From Leptospira sp. (GTDB lineage: Bacteria; Spirochaetota; Leptospiria; Leptospirales; Leptospiraceae): a DNA stretch of 64,000 nt. Shown here piece by piece: positions 20,153-31,755 of this stretch. The stretch's first letter is position 1. Each line of letters starts with the position of its first letter. The notes beneath the pieces were generated by a model. It made no database searches. It worked only from the letters and a program-made list of their open reading frames with translations, and was not told the origin of the DNA. The translations under genes and the position numbers were made by a program. The stretch lies in NCBI GenBank assembly GCA_034439575.1, contig JAWXAQ010000002.1, forward strand, positions 192,001-256,000, written 5' to 3'.

Positions 20153-21601
20153 ATGCAAGAATCAGTAAGTAGCGACCAACTTGCAAAATTTGAATTTAGT
20201 GAAGACTCGTTAAATAGCTTCAGAAAGAACAAAAATATACCTATCGATTTATATGATCGTGATGGTAAAATTATCATGCCAAAAAAGAAAAATCCTTCTG
20301 AGGATGATTTTGGTAAATTGCTTAAATTTGAACTTCAAGGTGCATATTATCTCGTCTCAGACCAAAAAAAAATGCGTCCGGGCATTTCAGAGACTGATTC
20401 TAGAAATGTAAAATTATTTGATACAGAGAAAACTACAGATTTTGCCAAACAAACTTCCATACTTATAGAAGAATTAAAAAGGGAATCTTTTTCCAACGAA
20501 CATGCGCTAAAGGTTCATAATTCTGTCAGTGGAATTCTTGATGACTTCACTGCAAATCCAGATTTTGAATCAGGTCTTTTTAATATTCTAGAAATTCTAA
20601 GTTCTGCTGGAGTATCTCTTGAATCTGAGTTAATGACCAAACGTACGATAGTTGCCATGGGTATGAAAGTCAGGACGAAAAAGATAGTCGCTGATGAAGA
20701 CAATAAACCAAATAAAAAAGAACATTTAGCAATTATGACTGCCAGTTTCTTAGCGGACATTGGATATTCAAAAATCAATATTCCCGAACGTCCGAATTTA
20801 TCCAAAGAAGAATACGCTATCGTACAACAACATCCTATCTTGAGTTATTTGATGACATTGTCTTCTGGAGACGTCTCAACGGAAATTAGGACATTGGTAT
20901 TAAATCACCATAGACCATTTCGCGGAAGTGGCCTAAATAATAATTTTCCGGATCCGAAAATAGTTTTTTCAAAACTAATGATTGTTAGGGATAAGTTTTT
21001 AAAGGATTTAAACCGAGTAAAAATTGTGGAGGATATTGAAACTCAACTTCGTATCCAAGAAAGTAATGTAACGCCAGTGAATTTTGAAGAGGATGTTGCC
21101 ATCATATCTCTTGCCAGCGAATTTGCTTCATTAACTTCAAATCAATCATGGAGACCGGCGTACTCTTCTGCAGATGCATTAAAGTTGATAGTTAATGATT
21201 CATTTTTTTCCTATAGTAATAAAAACATAAGACACTTGTTAGATTATGTCGGCGCTAGTTTAACAAATAATGAAAACATAATAAATATTGGTGATTTTGT
21301 AATTACAGCTTCCATAGATTCTGAAAAACAGGCGCATTTTGATATTTGCCAAATTTTAGATGTGGATCGTTTTCAAACTCGACCAAAAATTCAACGTATA
21401 TGTTCTATTAAACCTATATTCAACCGAGGCAATCGATATCGAATCACTGATTTTGATACAAACGAAATACGGATGGATAGGCGTCGTGCGATTATAGATC
21501 TAGCAGGCCAAACATCCAGTACACAAAGAATTATTTATATTCTCGATCCAAAATTGAATGAAAAATTGTTCGATGCTGTAGTCAAAATCGCAAAACAATA
21601 A
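20153..21601 (+). CDS. Degenerate HD-GYP-like domain protein
   Basis: ASFLADIGYSKI (HD to AD), LSKEEYAIVQQHPILSY, VLNHHRPFRGSGL (GYP lost), RPAYSSADAL. Confidence 0.7.
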   Translation: MQESVSSDQLAKFEFSEDSLNSFRKNKNIPIDLYDRDGKIIMPKKKNPSEDDFGKLLKFELQGAYYLVSDQKKMRPGISETDSRNVKLFDTEKTTDFAKQTSILIEELKRESFSNEHALKVHNSVSGILDDFTANPDFESGLFNILEILSSAGVSLESELMTKRTIVAMGMKVRTKKIVADEDNKPNKKEHLAIMTASFLADIGYSKINIPERPNLSKEEYAIVQQHPILSYLMTLSSGDVSTEIRTLVLNHHRPFRGSGLNNNFPDPKIVFSKLMIVRDKFLKDLNRVKIVEDIETQLRIQESNVTPVNFEEDVAIISLASEFASLTSNQSWRPAYSSADALKLIVNDSFFSYSNKNIRHLLDYVGASLTNNENIINIGDFVITASIDSEKQAHFDICQILDVDRFQTRPKIQRICSIKPIFNRGNRYRITDFDTNEIRMDRRRAIIDLAGQTSSTQRIIYILDPKLNEKLFDAVVKIAKQ

Positions 21602-21783
21602 TTAGGCAAATTTCGGTTTTTATCGATTTGGTTTTTTGGAATTATAATTGTTCTAATTATAATTCTATCGAATTCAATATATCATTAAGAACCAAAATTT
21701 GAAATCAAATACTTCAAAATAAGTTTTATACTATATATTGATATTTGTTTAAACTCTAATCATAGAAAATCTAATGACGGTGA

Positions 21784-22914
21784 ATGAGTGATTCATGTCA
21801 TGGTAACAAAATGAAAATAGACGAAGTCAAACACGTCGAATCACTCAAAAAAGTTTGGAATAGTGAACCTTTCTCGCTTGGCATTCCTGTCATTGACTTA
21901 CAACATTTATGGTTAGTGAATTTAATATTAAAACTCGAAGAAACACTAACAGATGTCACACTTGGATCATTTTCGGCTGAGATAAAATCAACTTTTACAC
22001 ATGCTTTGGAATACGTTTCAGAGCATTTTTCATTAGAAGAAGAAATATTAGAACATTTTAATTACCCAAATTTTGATCAACATGTTCGTGGACATCGGAG
22101 TTTCGTAGCGAAACTTGCAGAAAAATTCAATCACTCTGAGAATGATGAAGTGGCGGCCCTGGGATTACTTCAAATTTTAAAAAAATGGTTATTTCAACAT
22201 ATTTTACATGAAGATTCTGACTATGCGAATTTTTTTAAAAGCAAAGATGTTAGGTTAAATTTATTTTTAACTAAACTATTAAAAGAAAACAAATATAGGG
22301 TGACTAAAGAACAGATATTATTGTATAAAAATATTTCTACTCCAGAAGAAATTTCTGCAGTCGAAACTTCTGAAACTCATGATAGTATAACGGACATTAA
22401 GAAAATCTGGAAAACATACAATTTATCAACTAACATTCCTATCATTGATTTGCAACATATTTGGCTTTTGAAAATAATTGTTGAGTTAAGTTATGCATTA
22501 AATTCTGGAGAGGTACCAAAAGATTTTTTGCAAAAGTCTATAAACAATGTGATCGCTTACACAAAGGATCATTTCTCAGTCGAAGATCGTATTATGAGAC
22601 AATTTCGATTTAACGATTTTGCGAATCATATGTCTCAACACAAACGATTTATCGAATTTGTACAATTGCGACACGAGGAAAATCGGTTAGGTGAACATCA
22701 TGTGGCATCTCACTTAATCCAAGATTTGAAAAATTGGCTACTTTCTCACATTGCCTTTGAGGATAAAAAAATTGGTATCGCATTTGCTTCAAAGGTAAGG
22801 GAGTTATCGGAATTTACAAAAACTTTGCATCAAAACGGTGAAGTTACAATTTCCGCGGAGCAGAAAAATCTCTATAAAGCGATTTTACAAGACGATTCCG
22901 AACCTTCCATTTAG
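21784..22914 (+). CDS. Bacteriohemerythrin with two tandem hemerythrin domains
   Basis: Two copies of IDLQH...HFS(L/V)E(E/D)...H...H...WL..HI..ED iron-ligand pattern. Confidence 0.9.
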   Translation: MSDSCHGNKMKIDEVKHVESLKKVWNSEPFSLGIPVIDLQHLWLVNLILKLEETLTDVTLGSFSAEIKSTFTHALEYVSEHFSLEEEILEHFNYPNFDQHVRGHRSFVAKLAEKFNHSENDEVAALGLLQILKKWLFQHILHEDSDYANFFKSKDVRLNLFLTKLLKENKYRVTKEQILLYKNISTPEEISAVETSETHDSITDIKKIWKTYNLSTNIPIIDLQHIWLLKIIVELSYALNSGEVPKDFLQKSINNVIAYTKDHFSVEDRIMRQFRFNDFANHMSQHKRFIEFVQLRHEENRLGEHHVASHLIQDLKNWLLSHIAFEDKKIGIAFASKVRELSEFTKTLHQNGEVTISAEQKNLYKAILQDDSEPSI

Positions 22915-22964
22915 GGTTTTTCAATTGCCTTCTGGATTTTTCATAGAAAACCTGTATCTAGACC

Positions 22965-24431
22965 ATGGAATACGAAGTAATTATCGGACTAGAAGTTCAC
23001 GTTCAATTAAACACCAAATCAAAGATTTTTTCAACGGCCACAAATGAATTTGGTGGTTCTCCAAATACCCATATTTCGACACTTTGTGTCGCCCTACCTG
23101 GCACCTTGCCCGTATTAAATGAAGTAGTTTTGGAAAAAGCTGTCCGGGCAGGCCTTGCTCTTGGATGTGAAATTACACAATTTACAAAATTTGACCGTAA
23201 AAATTATTTTTATCCTGATTTACCAAAAGGTTATCAGATATCACAATTTGACAAACCTTATGCGACAAAAGGTGGCCTCCATGTAAAGTGGAAAGGTCAG
23301 GAAACAGAAAAATTTGTTCCACTAACGCGTATTCATATGGAAGAGGATGCTGGAAAATTAATACACTCTCATGATTCTTCTGTCAATCGTTCTTATGTTG
23401 ATTACAATAGAGCAGGTACTCCACTCATTGAAATAGTTTCTGAACCAGACATCCGATCTTCAGACGAAGCTTATGCATATCTCAATGAATTAAAAACTCT
23501 GCTACGTTATGTGCAAGTTTCGGATTGTAATATGGAAGAGGGCTCACTTCGTTGTGATGCGAACGTATCCATTCGCCCAATAGGTGAAAAGGGTTTTAGA
23601 ACGAGAGTTGAAATTAAAAACCTGAACTCGTTTAAGGCCGTAAAACAAGCAATAGACTATGAGATAGAATGGCAAAAGGATGTTTATTCCAGAGGTGAAT
23701 CATTCAAACAAATGACAAAACTTTGGGATGCTGCACTTTTAAAAACGATTCCGATGCGTAGTAAAGAGATGAGTCACGACTATCGCTATTTCCCAGAACC
23801 AGACCTTCCATCACTTGTGATTACTGACAAATATATTGATGATATTCGTAGGCATTTGCCAGAACTTCCTCGCGCCAAAAAAGAAAGATATATTAAAGAA
23901 CTAGGATTACCCGAGTATGATTCAGAAGTTTTAACAAGCGAAAGAGAAATTGCTGAATATTTTGAAAAGGCATTAGAAATTTCCAAAGATGCCAAAAAAA
24001 CATCTAACTGGGTAAAAGATGAAGTATTGGGCATCGTTAATAAAGAAAGTATTACAATCAATGAATTTAGTGTTGGACCAGAACGAATTGGAAAGTTAGT
24101 CGCCCTGATTAACAGCGGTGAGATTTCTGGAAAAATTGCAAAGACTGTCTTTGAAGAAATGTTAACATCCTCTGATGCCCCAGATAAAATTGTCGAAGCC
24201 AAAGGATTAAAAGTGGTTCGTGATGACAAAGCCTTGGAAGAAATCGTTATACGGGTGTTAGAAACTCAAAAGGAATCGGTGGAAGCTTGGAATAATGGAA
24301 AAGATAGAGCACTCGGTGCCATTGTCGGAGCAGTGATGAAAGAAACAAAAGGAAAAGCGGATCCGAAAATGGTGAATGATTTAATATTAGCGAAACTTGG
24401 ACCACTTGGCGAAAAAAAAGCCAAAGAGTAA
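22965..24431 (+). CDS. gatB: Asp-tRNA(Asn)/Glu-tRNA(Gln) amidotransferase subunit B
   Basis: [45 protein letters not shown]. Confidence 0.98.
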   Translation: MEYEVIIGLEVHVQLNTKSKIFSTATNEFGGSPNTHISTLCVALPGTLPVLNEVVLEKAVRAGLALGCEITQFTKFDRKNYFYPDLPKGYQISQFDKPYATKGGLHVKWKGQETEKFVPLTRIHMEEDAGKLIHSHDSSVNRSYVDYNRAGTPLIEIVSEPDIRSSDEAYAYLNELKTLLRYVQVSDCNMEEGSLRCDANVSIRPIGEKGFRTRVEIKNLNSFKAVKQAIDYEIEWQKDVYSRGESFKQMTKLWDAALLKTIPMRSKEMSHDYRYFPEPDLPSLVITDKYIDDIRRHLPELPRAKKERYIKELGLPEYDSEVLTSEREIAEYFEKALEISKDAKKTSNWVKDEVLGIVNKESITINEFSVGPERIGKLVALINSGEISGKIAKTVFEEMLTSSDAPDKIVEAKGLKVVRDDKALEEIVIRVLETQKESVEAWNNGKDRALGAIVGAVMKETKGKADPKMVNDLILAKLGPLGEKKAKE

Positions 24432-24437
24432 AAATTT

Positions 24438-24995
24438 TTATAAATAAGTAACAGAACCAAAATCTATTTTCATGCGAAAAGCCTTCTCTAAAGGGAGGCT
24501 TTTTTTATGACATATCAATACTCGAATCGGTGCTGAATGGGAAACAACCAACAATTTTTGGATTCCTAATTTTTTCATTTTGGGCAATTCTTGATGTAAC
24601 CACCATTCGTTGGCAAAATCCATCACTCTCGTTTGCAGTTCTACAAAGGATTCTCCGTTAGGTGCATTTAAATTTACAAAATCATCTAGCCATTTAGATG
24701 TTTCTGTTTTTGGAAGTTCTTCCCACATTTTTCCTTCCCAATCTCCAAAATGCATTTCCATCAAACGTTCGTCAGTTTCCAATTCCTTGATTCCAAAATG
24801 CTTTGCGATTTCATCCGCCAGCCTTTTGGCTCTGGGGAGGGGACTCGAGATAATGTAATCAGGTGCATTTACCAATTGGGAAACAACCTTATCCTTAGTG
24901 ATTGAAGGAGATTCTTTTAATTCTAAGTCCAATCTACCGTAACACATCCCTTTCGGTGCAATGGTTTCCGGATGTCTCACCAAAATGATTTCCAT
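24438..24995 (-). CDS. Histidine phosphatase family protein (CobC/alpha-ribazole phosphatase-like)
   Basis: From ATG 24995: [43 protein letters not shown]. Confidence 0.85.
   Translation of the reverse strand: MEIILVRHPETIAPKGMCYGRLDLELKESPSITKDKVVSQLVNAPDYIISSPLPRAKRLADEIAKHFGIKELETDERLMEMHFGDWEGKMWEELPKTETSKWLDDFVNLNAPNGESFVELQTRVMDFANEWWLHQELPKMKKLGIQKLLVVSHSAPIRVLICHKKSLPLEKAFRMKIDFGSVTYL
24477..24506 (+). terminator. Intrinsic terminator for gatB lying within the antisense phosphatase CDS
   Basis: AAAAGCCTTCT-CTAAA-GGGAGGC-TTTTTTT starting about 45 nt after the gatB stop. Confidence 0.6.
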
Positions 24996-25139
24996 TTCAT
25001 TCCCCACGTATTTTCCAGTTTTTGCGGTTGGATTCTGACATCCATTCCAAGTTTTGGTCAATCGGCTCAAATTTTCCTTAAGAGAAATTTCAAGCTGACT
25101 TTACGCCCAAAGCCATTTGAGCCACTATGTCACTTGACC

Positions 25140-28100
25140 ATGGACGATTTTACTCATCTTCACCTTCATACTACGTACTCAATGCTGGATGGAGCGATCC
25201 GTATTCCAGATTTGATGAAAAAAGTGAAGGAATTGGGTATGAGTAGTGTCGCTATTACCGATCACGGAAATATGTATGGGGCTATTGAGTTCTATAAAGA
25301 AGCAGTTAAACACGATGTCAAACCGATCATAGGTTGTGAATTTTATGTGACTCCTTCCCGTTCTGCAGAAACGGAGTTAGACGAAATTGCAGATGGGGGT
25401 GCCTATCACATTATACTACTTTGCAAAAATGAAATCGGTTATAAAAATATAATTAAACTTGCAAGTAGATCTTTCACCGAAGGATTTTATCGAAAACCAA
25501 GAATCGACTACGACCTGTTAGAACGTCATAGCGAAGGTCTTGTGTGTTTGACGGCTTGCCTTGCTGGCGAAGTAAACAGGAAAATCCTCGAAGGAAAAGA
25601 AGACAAAGCATATGCGTTAGCTGGTAAGCTTCATGAAATTTTTCGCAAGGAAGATTTTTATCTTGAGATTCAAGATCATGGTATCCCTGAACAAAAAACA
25701 GTGGCAGAAGCCGTCATTGGATTTTCTAAAAGAACAGGCATTCCCTTAGTATTAACAAATGATTCTCATTTTTTAACAAAAGACGACCGTGAAGCGCAAG
25801 ACATTCTGCTAAGAATCGGAATGCGAAAAAATATTGATGATGAAATGCGATTTGGATTCAATCAAAATTTTTATGTAAAGAGTCCGAAAGAAATGTTCGG
25901 ATTGTTTCCTGGACATGAAGCCGCATTTTATAATACATTAGCCATCCGTGATAAATGTTCTTTAAATTTCCAATTTGGAAATCCACTTTTACCACCTTTC
26001 GATGTACCAGCTGGTTACGATACGGATAGTTATCTTGAAAAATTAGTTTGGGATGGCATCAAAGAAAAATATCCTGATATGTCTCAAATTATAAAAGAGA
26101 GAACCGAATTTGAAATGCAAACGATTCGTAACATGCATTTTGCGGGATACTTTTTAATCGTACAGGATTATATCAATTTTGCACGTCATACGGGAATTCC
26201 TGTTGGTCCAGGACGAGGTTCTGCAGCTGGAAGTATCATTGCATATGCATTAGGAATTACGAATGTAGATCCAATCCGTTACAATCTACTATTTGAACGA
26301 TTTTTAAATCCTGACAGAAAGGATATGCCTGATATTGATACAGACTTTTGTGTGGAACGTCGCGAAGAAGTCATCAATTACATCAAACAAAAGTATGGTG
26401 AAAATAGAGTAGGCCAAATTATAACATTTGGATCCCTGGCGGCAAAGGCTGCCATCAAAGACGTCGCTCGTGTTTTCAATGTTCCATTTTCAGAAGTAAA
26501 TGAGATGAGTAAACTATTTCCGAAAAAAATCGGAATCACCATCCAGGAAGCAGTAGAAACTTCTAAAGACCTTAAGGATCTTTCTGAAAAATCTGAACTG
26601 AATAAAAAAGTATTTTCCATTGCACAAAAGCTTGAAGGTAATTATCGTCAAGTGGGCCGTCATGCGGCTGGTGTTGTTATCGCACCGATCGCTCTGGAAG
26701 AGATTGTTCCTTTATCGACCGTTAGTGAACCTGGGCGAGATGGACGTTCTATAGTCACTCAATTCGACAAAAATATGTCGGAGCAAGTGGGTCTTATAAA
26801 AATGGATATTTTAGGTTTAAAAAACCTAACAACAATTCATCATGCAGTCCAATTGATCAAAAAACGCCATGGAATCTTGCTTGATTTAGATAAAATTCCA
26901 TTAGATGATCACAAAACTTTTAGTTTGCTTCGTAAGGCCAATGTCCTTGGTATTTTCCAACTGGATTCTTCTACAGGAATTCGAGATCTTTTTGCAAAAG
27001 CCCAAGTCCAAAAGTTTGAAGAGATCGCCGCATTGCTCGCGTTATATAGACCAGGACCAATGGGTTCTGGTATGTTGGATGATTATTTAGATAGGAAAAA
27101 CGGAAAGAAAAAAGTACAATTCCCTCATGAGAGTCTTGCTGAAGTTCTTTCCGAAACTTATGGAGTTATCGTATACCAAGAGCAGGTGATGGGAATATCG
27201 CGTATTATGGGCGGATTCTCAGTAGGTGACTCGGATGTACTTCGTAAGGCGATGGCCAAAAAGGATAAGTCAAAATTACCTGCGCTCAAAGAAAAATTTG
27301 TGAAAGGTGCCGCAGAAAATAAAATAAATGAAAAATTGGCCACTGAACTTTTTGAGACATTAGAAAAATTTGGTGAATATGGATTTAATAAATCACACTC
27401 TGTAGCTTATGCCTTCGTAACGTATCAAACCGCCTTTTTAAAAGCAAATTATACTATTGAATATCTCACAGCACTTTTGTCAGGTGATCATTCTAAGATC
27501 ACAGATGTCGTAAAATACATTAACAATGCTAAGGAAATGGGGATTCGAATCCTTGGACCAGACCTTTGTGAATCGGGATTGTCATTTGAAATCACAGATG
27601 ATAAAACCATTCGTTTTGGTCTATCATCTATCAAAGGTGTTGGCGAACTTGCCGCAGAAAATATTTTAACCAATAGACGAAAGTTAGGTGTTTATAAGTC
27701 TATAGAAGATATAGCCAAACATTTGGACACAAGACTTGCCAACAAAAAAGTTATGGAAGCCTTGGCACAAGGTGGCGCTTTCGATTCATTCGGTTTTACT
27801 CGAAAATGTATTTTTGAATCCACAGATTCCATTTTATCTTATGCACAAAAAAAACAGGCGGAAGAAAAAGATGGTCAGTTTTCTTTGTTTGGTGGCACAA
27901 CAGGTGTGGCGGATGGCTATGTCTTAAACTTACCAAAAGACGGCATCGAATGGGAGTTTGATGAACTTTTAAAAAAAGAAAAAGAAACTACTGGTCTTTA
28001 TCTTTCCGGACATCCACTCGATAAATATGCAGAACAATTAAAGACTTTAAAGCCGATCCTGATTGAAAATTTAGAAAACGTAAAACCAAAATCAAAAGTT

Positions 28101-28640
28101 GAAGTTGCTGGTGTATTATCAAAGAAAATGATAAAACTCACGAAAAAGAAAGAAGAGTTTATCAACTTTATGATTGAAGATCAAACTGGCGAGATTGAAT
28201 GTGTAGCCTTTCCACGAACTTATGCCGACTTCAAACCTCTATTTTTAGAAGATAAAACTTTATTTATTAAAGGAGTATTGGAAAGAGTAGATGTTGAAGA
28301 ATCGGAATTAAAAGGTCAAATTATTGTAAATCAAGTCGAAGAACTAAATAAAATTACAATCGAGAAAAAAATGGAGAAGGCTCTCCATTTAACGATCGAT
28401 ATGCTTGAGGATAAAAATAGAGAAATCATATTAAAAATTCAAGATCTGTTTTCTGTGCATAGAGGAAGCTCAGCTGTATTCTTTCATTTGGTGAGTGATG
28501 GTGATGAAAAGAAAGTCATTCGAGCTCATGATCATTTTTCTATCGAGATAACCAGTGACCTTATGAAAATTTTATCAGAAATGTTAGGGAAAGGAAGTGT
28601 GCGTTATACAATCGGAGAAGAAGTCAGAGTTTTTGGTTAG
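25140..28640 (+). CDS. dnaE: DNA polymerase III subunit alpha
   Basis: From ATG 25140: [15 protein letters not shown] (PHP domain), [28 protein letters not shown]-fold C-terminus. Confidence 0.98.
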   Translation: MDDFTHLHLHTTYSMLDGAIRIPDLMKKVKELGMSSVAITDHGNMYGAIEFYKEAVKHDVKPIIGCEFYVTPSRSAETELDEIADGGAYHIILLCKNEIGYKNIIKLASRSFTEGFYRKPRIDYDLLERHSEGLVCLTACLAGEVNRKILEGKEDKAYALAGKLHEIFRKEDFYLEIQDHGIPEQKTVAEAVIGFSKRTGIPLVLTNDSHFLTKDDREAQDILLRIGMRKNIDDEMRFGFNQNFYVKSPKEMFGLFPGHEAAFYNTLAIRDKCSLNFQFGNPLLPPFDVPAGYDTDSYLEKLVWDGIKEKYPDMSQIIKERTEFEMQTIRNMHFAGYFLIVQDYINFARHTGIPVGPGRGSAAGSIIAYALGITNVDPIRYNLLFERFLNPDRKDMPDIDTDFCVERREEVINYIKQKYGENRVGQIITFGSLAAKAAIKDVARVFNVPFSEVNEMSKLFPKKIGITIQEAVETSKDLKDLSEKSELNKKVFSIAQKLEGNYRQVGRHAAGVVIAPIALEEIVPLSTVSEPGRDGRSIVTQFDKNMSEQVGLIKMDILGLKNLTTIHHAVQLIKKRHGILLDLDKIPLDDHKTFSLLRKANVLGIFQLDSSTGIRDLFAKAQVQKFEEIAALLALYRPGPMGSGMLDDYLDRKNGKKKVQFPHESLAEVLSETYGVIVYQEQVMGISRIMGGFSVGDSDVLRKAMAKKDKSKLPALKEKFVKGAAENKINEKLATELFETLEKFGEYGFNKSHSVAYAFVTYQTAFLKANYTIEYLTALLSGDHSKITDVVKYINNAKEMGIRILGPDLCESGLSFEITDDKTIRFGLSSIKGVGELAAENILTNRRKLGVYKSIEDIAKHLDTRLANKKVMEALAQGGAFDSFGFTRKCIFESTDSILSYAQKKQAEEKDGQFSLFGGTTGVADGYVLNLPKDGIEWEFDELLKKEKETTGLYLSGHPLDKYAEQLKTLKPILIENLENVKPKSKVEVAGVLSKKMIKLTKKKEEFINFMIEDQTGEIECVAFPRTYADFKPLFLEDKTLFIKGVLERVDVEESELKGQIIVNQVEELNKITIEKKMEKALHLTIDMLEDKNREIILKIQDLFSVHRGSSAVFFHLVSDGDEKKVIRAHDHFSIEITSDLMKILSEMLGKGSVRYTIGEEVRVFG

Positions 28641-28650
28641 GTGATCGCAT

Positions 28651-29748
28651 TTGACTTTCATCAATGAATTAAATATTTTAGAATTTCTTTGGCTTGGTTC
28701 TGGTGGCATTGTTTGTATCATTTGGGCGATTCAGCAATATATAGAAAATCAGAAAAAAGAAAGTTTTGTTTGGTCAATCATTCTGTTTTCCACCGGCTTT
28801 TGGTTGTTATCTGGATCTTTTTTCTTTACGGGACTATTTCGGTTGTTTCCTTATTTTAGCGTCATTCATATTCCCATGGTATTTTTATCTGCTACGTTTC
28901 TCTATGAATACTTAAAGTTTGTATTTTTGGAAATTAAGATTCAATTTCGTTTGTTTCATTTTTTTCCTTTTATAGTTTCTATATTACTTATCATTCCATA
29001 TTTTACTTTGTCCAAAGCAGAAATGGTTTCCCTTTTTTTGCCAATGAATGATGAAATTTTTCCTTCTATCATTAGAATTCTTAATCTTTCTTTAAAATTA
29101 TCCATTTTCGTTTCTGTTGGATTATTTTTATTTAAAGATTGGCTACCGAATGTAAAACTAAGATTATTTTTACAGAAGAACGCAATCTATACACTAGCTT
29201 TTATTATATTGATATGGCTTGATCTAATCATCGGCATATTTGGTTTCTTTTTGCAAAGGGAAGAATTGAAAAAAATAAGTGCTTATCTTTTACCATTAAT
29301 TATGTATTTTTATTTTTTTACGAGGTCACTTTGGTCACCGTTTCTTTTTGATTTAAAGGAAAATATTCAGAAAAATAAATACCAAAAAACAAAGTTAGCT
29401 GGTATAGATTTAAAATCAATCGAATACAAATTGCAAAAACTCATGAAAGAAAAAATATTCTGTGATGAAGATTTAAGTTTATCCGATCTAGCATTACTTG
29501 TGGGTATCAAACAAGGACAATTGTCTGAATATTTTCAAAAACAGTATGGTTACGGATTTTATCATTATATAAATAAATTTAGAATCGAAGAAGCAAAAAT
29601 TTTACTTGGAGAGTCGAGTCATAGATCTGTTTTATCAATTGCAGATTCTGTGGGTTTTAATTCTAAGTCTACATTCAATCGAGTGTTTTTGGATTTAGTT
29701 GGTAAAACTCCGAGTGAATATAAAATCCAAATTTCCCATAAACAATAA
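28651..29748 (+). CDS. Membrane-anchored AraC family transcriptional regulator
   Basis: Multi-TM N-terminus; C-terminal DLSLSDLA...YINKFRIEEAK...IADSVGFNSKSTFNRVF. Confidence 0.9.
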   Translation: MTFINELNILEFLWLGSGGIVCIIWAIQQYIENQKKESFVWSIILFSTGFWLLSGSFFFTGLFRLFPYFSVIHIPMVFLSATFLYEYLKFVFLEIKIQFRLFHFFPFIVSILLIIPYFTLSKAEMVSLFLPMNDEIFPSIIRILNLSLKLSIFVSVGLFLFKDWLPNVKLRLFLQKNAIYTLAFIILIWLDLIIGIFGFFLQREELKKISAYLLPLIMYFYFFTRSLWSPFLFDLKENIQKNKYQKTKLAGIDLKSIEYKLQKLMKEKIFCDEDLSLSDLALLVGIKQGQLSEYFQKQYGYGFYHYINKFRIEEAKILLGESSHRSVLSIADSVGFNSKSTFNRVFLDLVGKTPSEYKIQISHKQ

Positions 29749-29763
29749 TTTAAATCTTTTTTT

Positions 29764-29788
29764 GTCCTAGAGAATTCTATAGGACGAC
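29764..29788. promoter_or_regulatory. Near-palindromic candidate operator between araC-like gene and acyl-CoA synthetase
   Basis: GTCCTAGAGAATTCTATAGGAC (22-bp inverted repeat, one mismatched pair) followed by GAC. Confidence 0.45.
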
Positions 29789-29836
29789 TAAGGCATCAGC
29801 TTCTATTAAAATTCATATAATTTAGGGGTTAATTGT

Positions 29837-31729
29837 ATGAACAATTTAATTGAATTTTATTTAAGCTTAAAAACTAAATATAAAGATAAACCAGCATTCG
29901 CTTCGAAGTTACATGGAAGCAAACAATTTCAAACAAAATCTTACGCAGAGTTAATCGATTTATCATTAGCTTTTAGTGAGGGTATTTCTTTTTTAAATGT
30001 CGGGGATAGAGTTGGGTTTTTCGCTGATAACAGTTTTGAATGGATGGTTACTAGTATAGGAATTACTTTCGCTGGTTGTGTCGATGTCCCAAGAGCTAGT
30101 GATGTAACAGAACAAGATATTGAATTTATTCTGAATCATTCGGAAGCGAAACTCGTGGTAGTTGAAAATACAAATCTAGCACTTCGTGTTTTAAATCTTC
30201 AATCAAAATTGAATCATTTAAAATACATCCTGATATTGGATGGCGACTTACCAAAACAATCTTCTAAATTGGAAATACTATTGTACAAAAATATAATAGA
30301 GACTGGTCAAAAGAAATTAAATATCAGTAATTCAAATATCCAAAATATTATAAATCAAGTATCTCCGAATGATTTATTTACTTTGATTTATACTTCTGGA
30401 ACGACAGGAACTCCCAAAGGTGTTATGCTAACTCATGCGAATTTATTATCGCAAATAGAACGTACGCCTGTTACATTATCAACCCAAGATTGTGCAATAT
30501 CAATTTTACCTATCTGGCATATATTCGAACGAACATTTGAATTATTTTCAATGGCAAATGGAGTATGTACGTATTATACAAATATTAGAAGTCTCAAAGA
30601 GGATTTAGCCATTGTTAAGCCTACATTTATGGCATCAGCTCCTAGATTATGGGAAAGTATATATGGGGGAATCCTTGGGAACATTAGCAAGTCTCCAAGA
30701 ACCAAACAGGTGATGTTTGAAATTGCCACAACTTTAGGAAAAATCCAGTTTCAGACAACGCAGATATTATTCGGAAATGATTTACGACTAGATAATCTTT
30801 CTATATGGATTCGTTTATATTCCCTATTCACAGCATTTTGCTTATGGGCATTTACCTACCTACCATACTTATTATTTGATGCACTTGTCTTAAGCAAAAT
30901 TCGTAATGCCACGGGTGGCCGATTGAGAGGTTCTGTTTCAGGCGGTGGGGCTCTCCCATTTCATATTGATGAATTTTTTAATTCGATAGGGATTCCTGTT
31001 TTAGAAGGTTATGGTATGACGGAAACCTCTCCAGTGATCGCAGTGAGAAGCTTTTCTTCGTTAGTTGCTGGAACTGTGGGTCCATTATATATAGATACTT
31101 CTTTAAGACTAGTCGATATAAAAACTGGTGAAGTTTTTCTAGATACAGAGATCGGAAAAATAGTGTATGGAAAAAAAGGAGAGATCCATGTCAAGGGCCC
31201 GCAAGTTATGGCTGGCTATTATAAAAATCCAGAGGCAACTAACAAGGTATTGAAGGATGGATGGATGAATACCGGGGATTTGGGTTTAATGACTGCAAAT
31301 GATTGTCTAAAAATTGTAGGTCGGACAAAAGAGACAATCGTGTTACTTGGTGGGGAAAATGTGGAACCTGTTCCCATTGAAGCAAAACTTTTAGAATCGG
31401 AATGGATTGATCAGATTATGGTCGTTGGTCAAGATAGAAAATTCTTATCTGCTTTAGTGGTTCCAAATCAAATTCTAGTACAAAATCTAGATGTGGATTT
31501 ATCGCAGGGAAAAAATATAAATAAATTAAAAGAAAAAATCCAACAAGAAATTAAATCAAAGATCAATGCTGATACTGGGTTTAAAAGTTTTGAAAGAGTT
31601 GTTGATGTTTCCATTCTCACCAAACCTTTTGAAGTCGGAGATGAATTGACAGCTAAATTGTCCCTGAAACGTCATGTCATCCTTGAAAAGTACCAAGACT
31701 TGATAGAAAATATTTATAAAGGGAAATAA
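29837..31729 (+). CDS. Long-chain fatty acid-CoA ligase (AMP-dependent synthetase)
   Basis: IYTSGTTGTPKGVML, EGYGMTE, GWMNTGDLG, GENVEPVPIE. Confidence 0.93.
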   Translation: MNNLIEFYLSLKTKYKDKPAFASKLHGSKQFQTKSYAELIDLSLAFSEGISFLNVGDRVGFFADNSFEWMVTSIGITFAGCVDVPRASDVTEQDIEFILNHSEAKLVVVENTNLALRVLNLQSKLNHLKYILILDGDLPKQSSKLEILLYKNIIETGQKKLNISNSNIQNIINQVSPNDLFTLIYTSGTTGTPKGVMLTHANLLSQIERTPVTLSTQDCAISILPIWHIFERTFELFSMANGVCTYYTNIRSLKEDLAIVKPTFMASAPRLWESIYGGILGNISKSPRTKQVMFEIATTLGKIQFQTTQILFGNDLRLDNLSIWIRLYSLFTAFCLWAFTYLPYLLFDALVLSKIRNATGGRLRGSVSGGGALPFHIDEFFNSIGIPVLEGYGMTETSPVIAVRSFSSLVAGTVGPLYIDTSLRLVDIKTGEVFLDTEIGKIVYGKKGEIHVKGPQVMAGYYKNPEATNKVLKDGWMNTGDLGLMTANDCLKIVGRTKETIVLLGGENVEPVPIEAKLLESEWIDQIMVVGQDRKFLSALVVPNQILVQNLDVDLSQGKNINKLKEKIQQEIKSKINADTGFKSFERVVDVSILTKPFEVGDELTAKLSLKRHVILEKYQDLIENIYKGK

Positions 31730-31755
31730 AATTTGTTAAACAAAATGAACTAGGA

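Noticed and set aside
24972-25139. N-terminal extension of dnaE overlapping the divergent phosphatase ORF
   Set aside because: DnaE homology starts at ATG 25140 (MDDFTHLH) and the phosphatase at 24995; the extensions are promoter DNA
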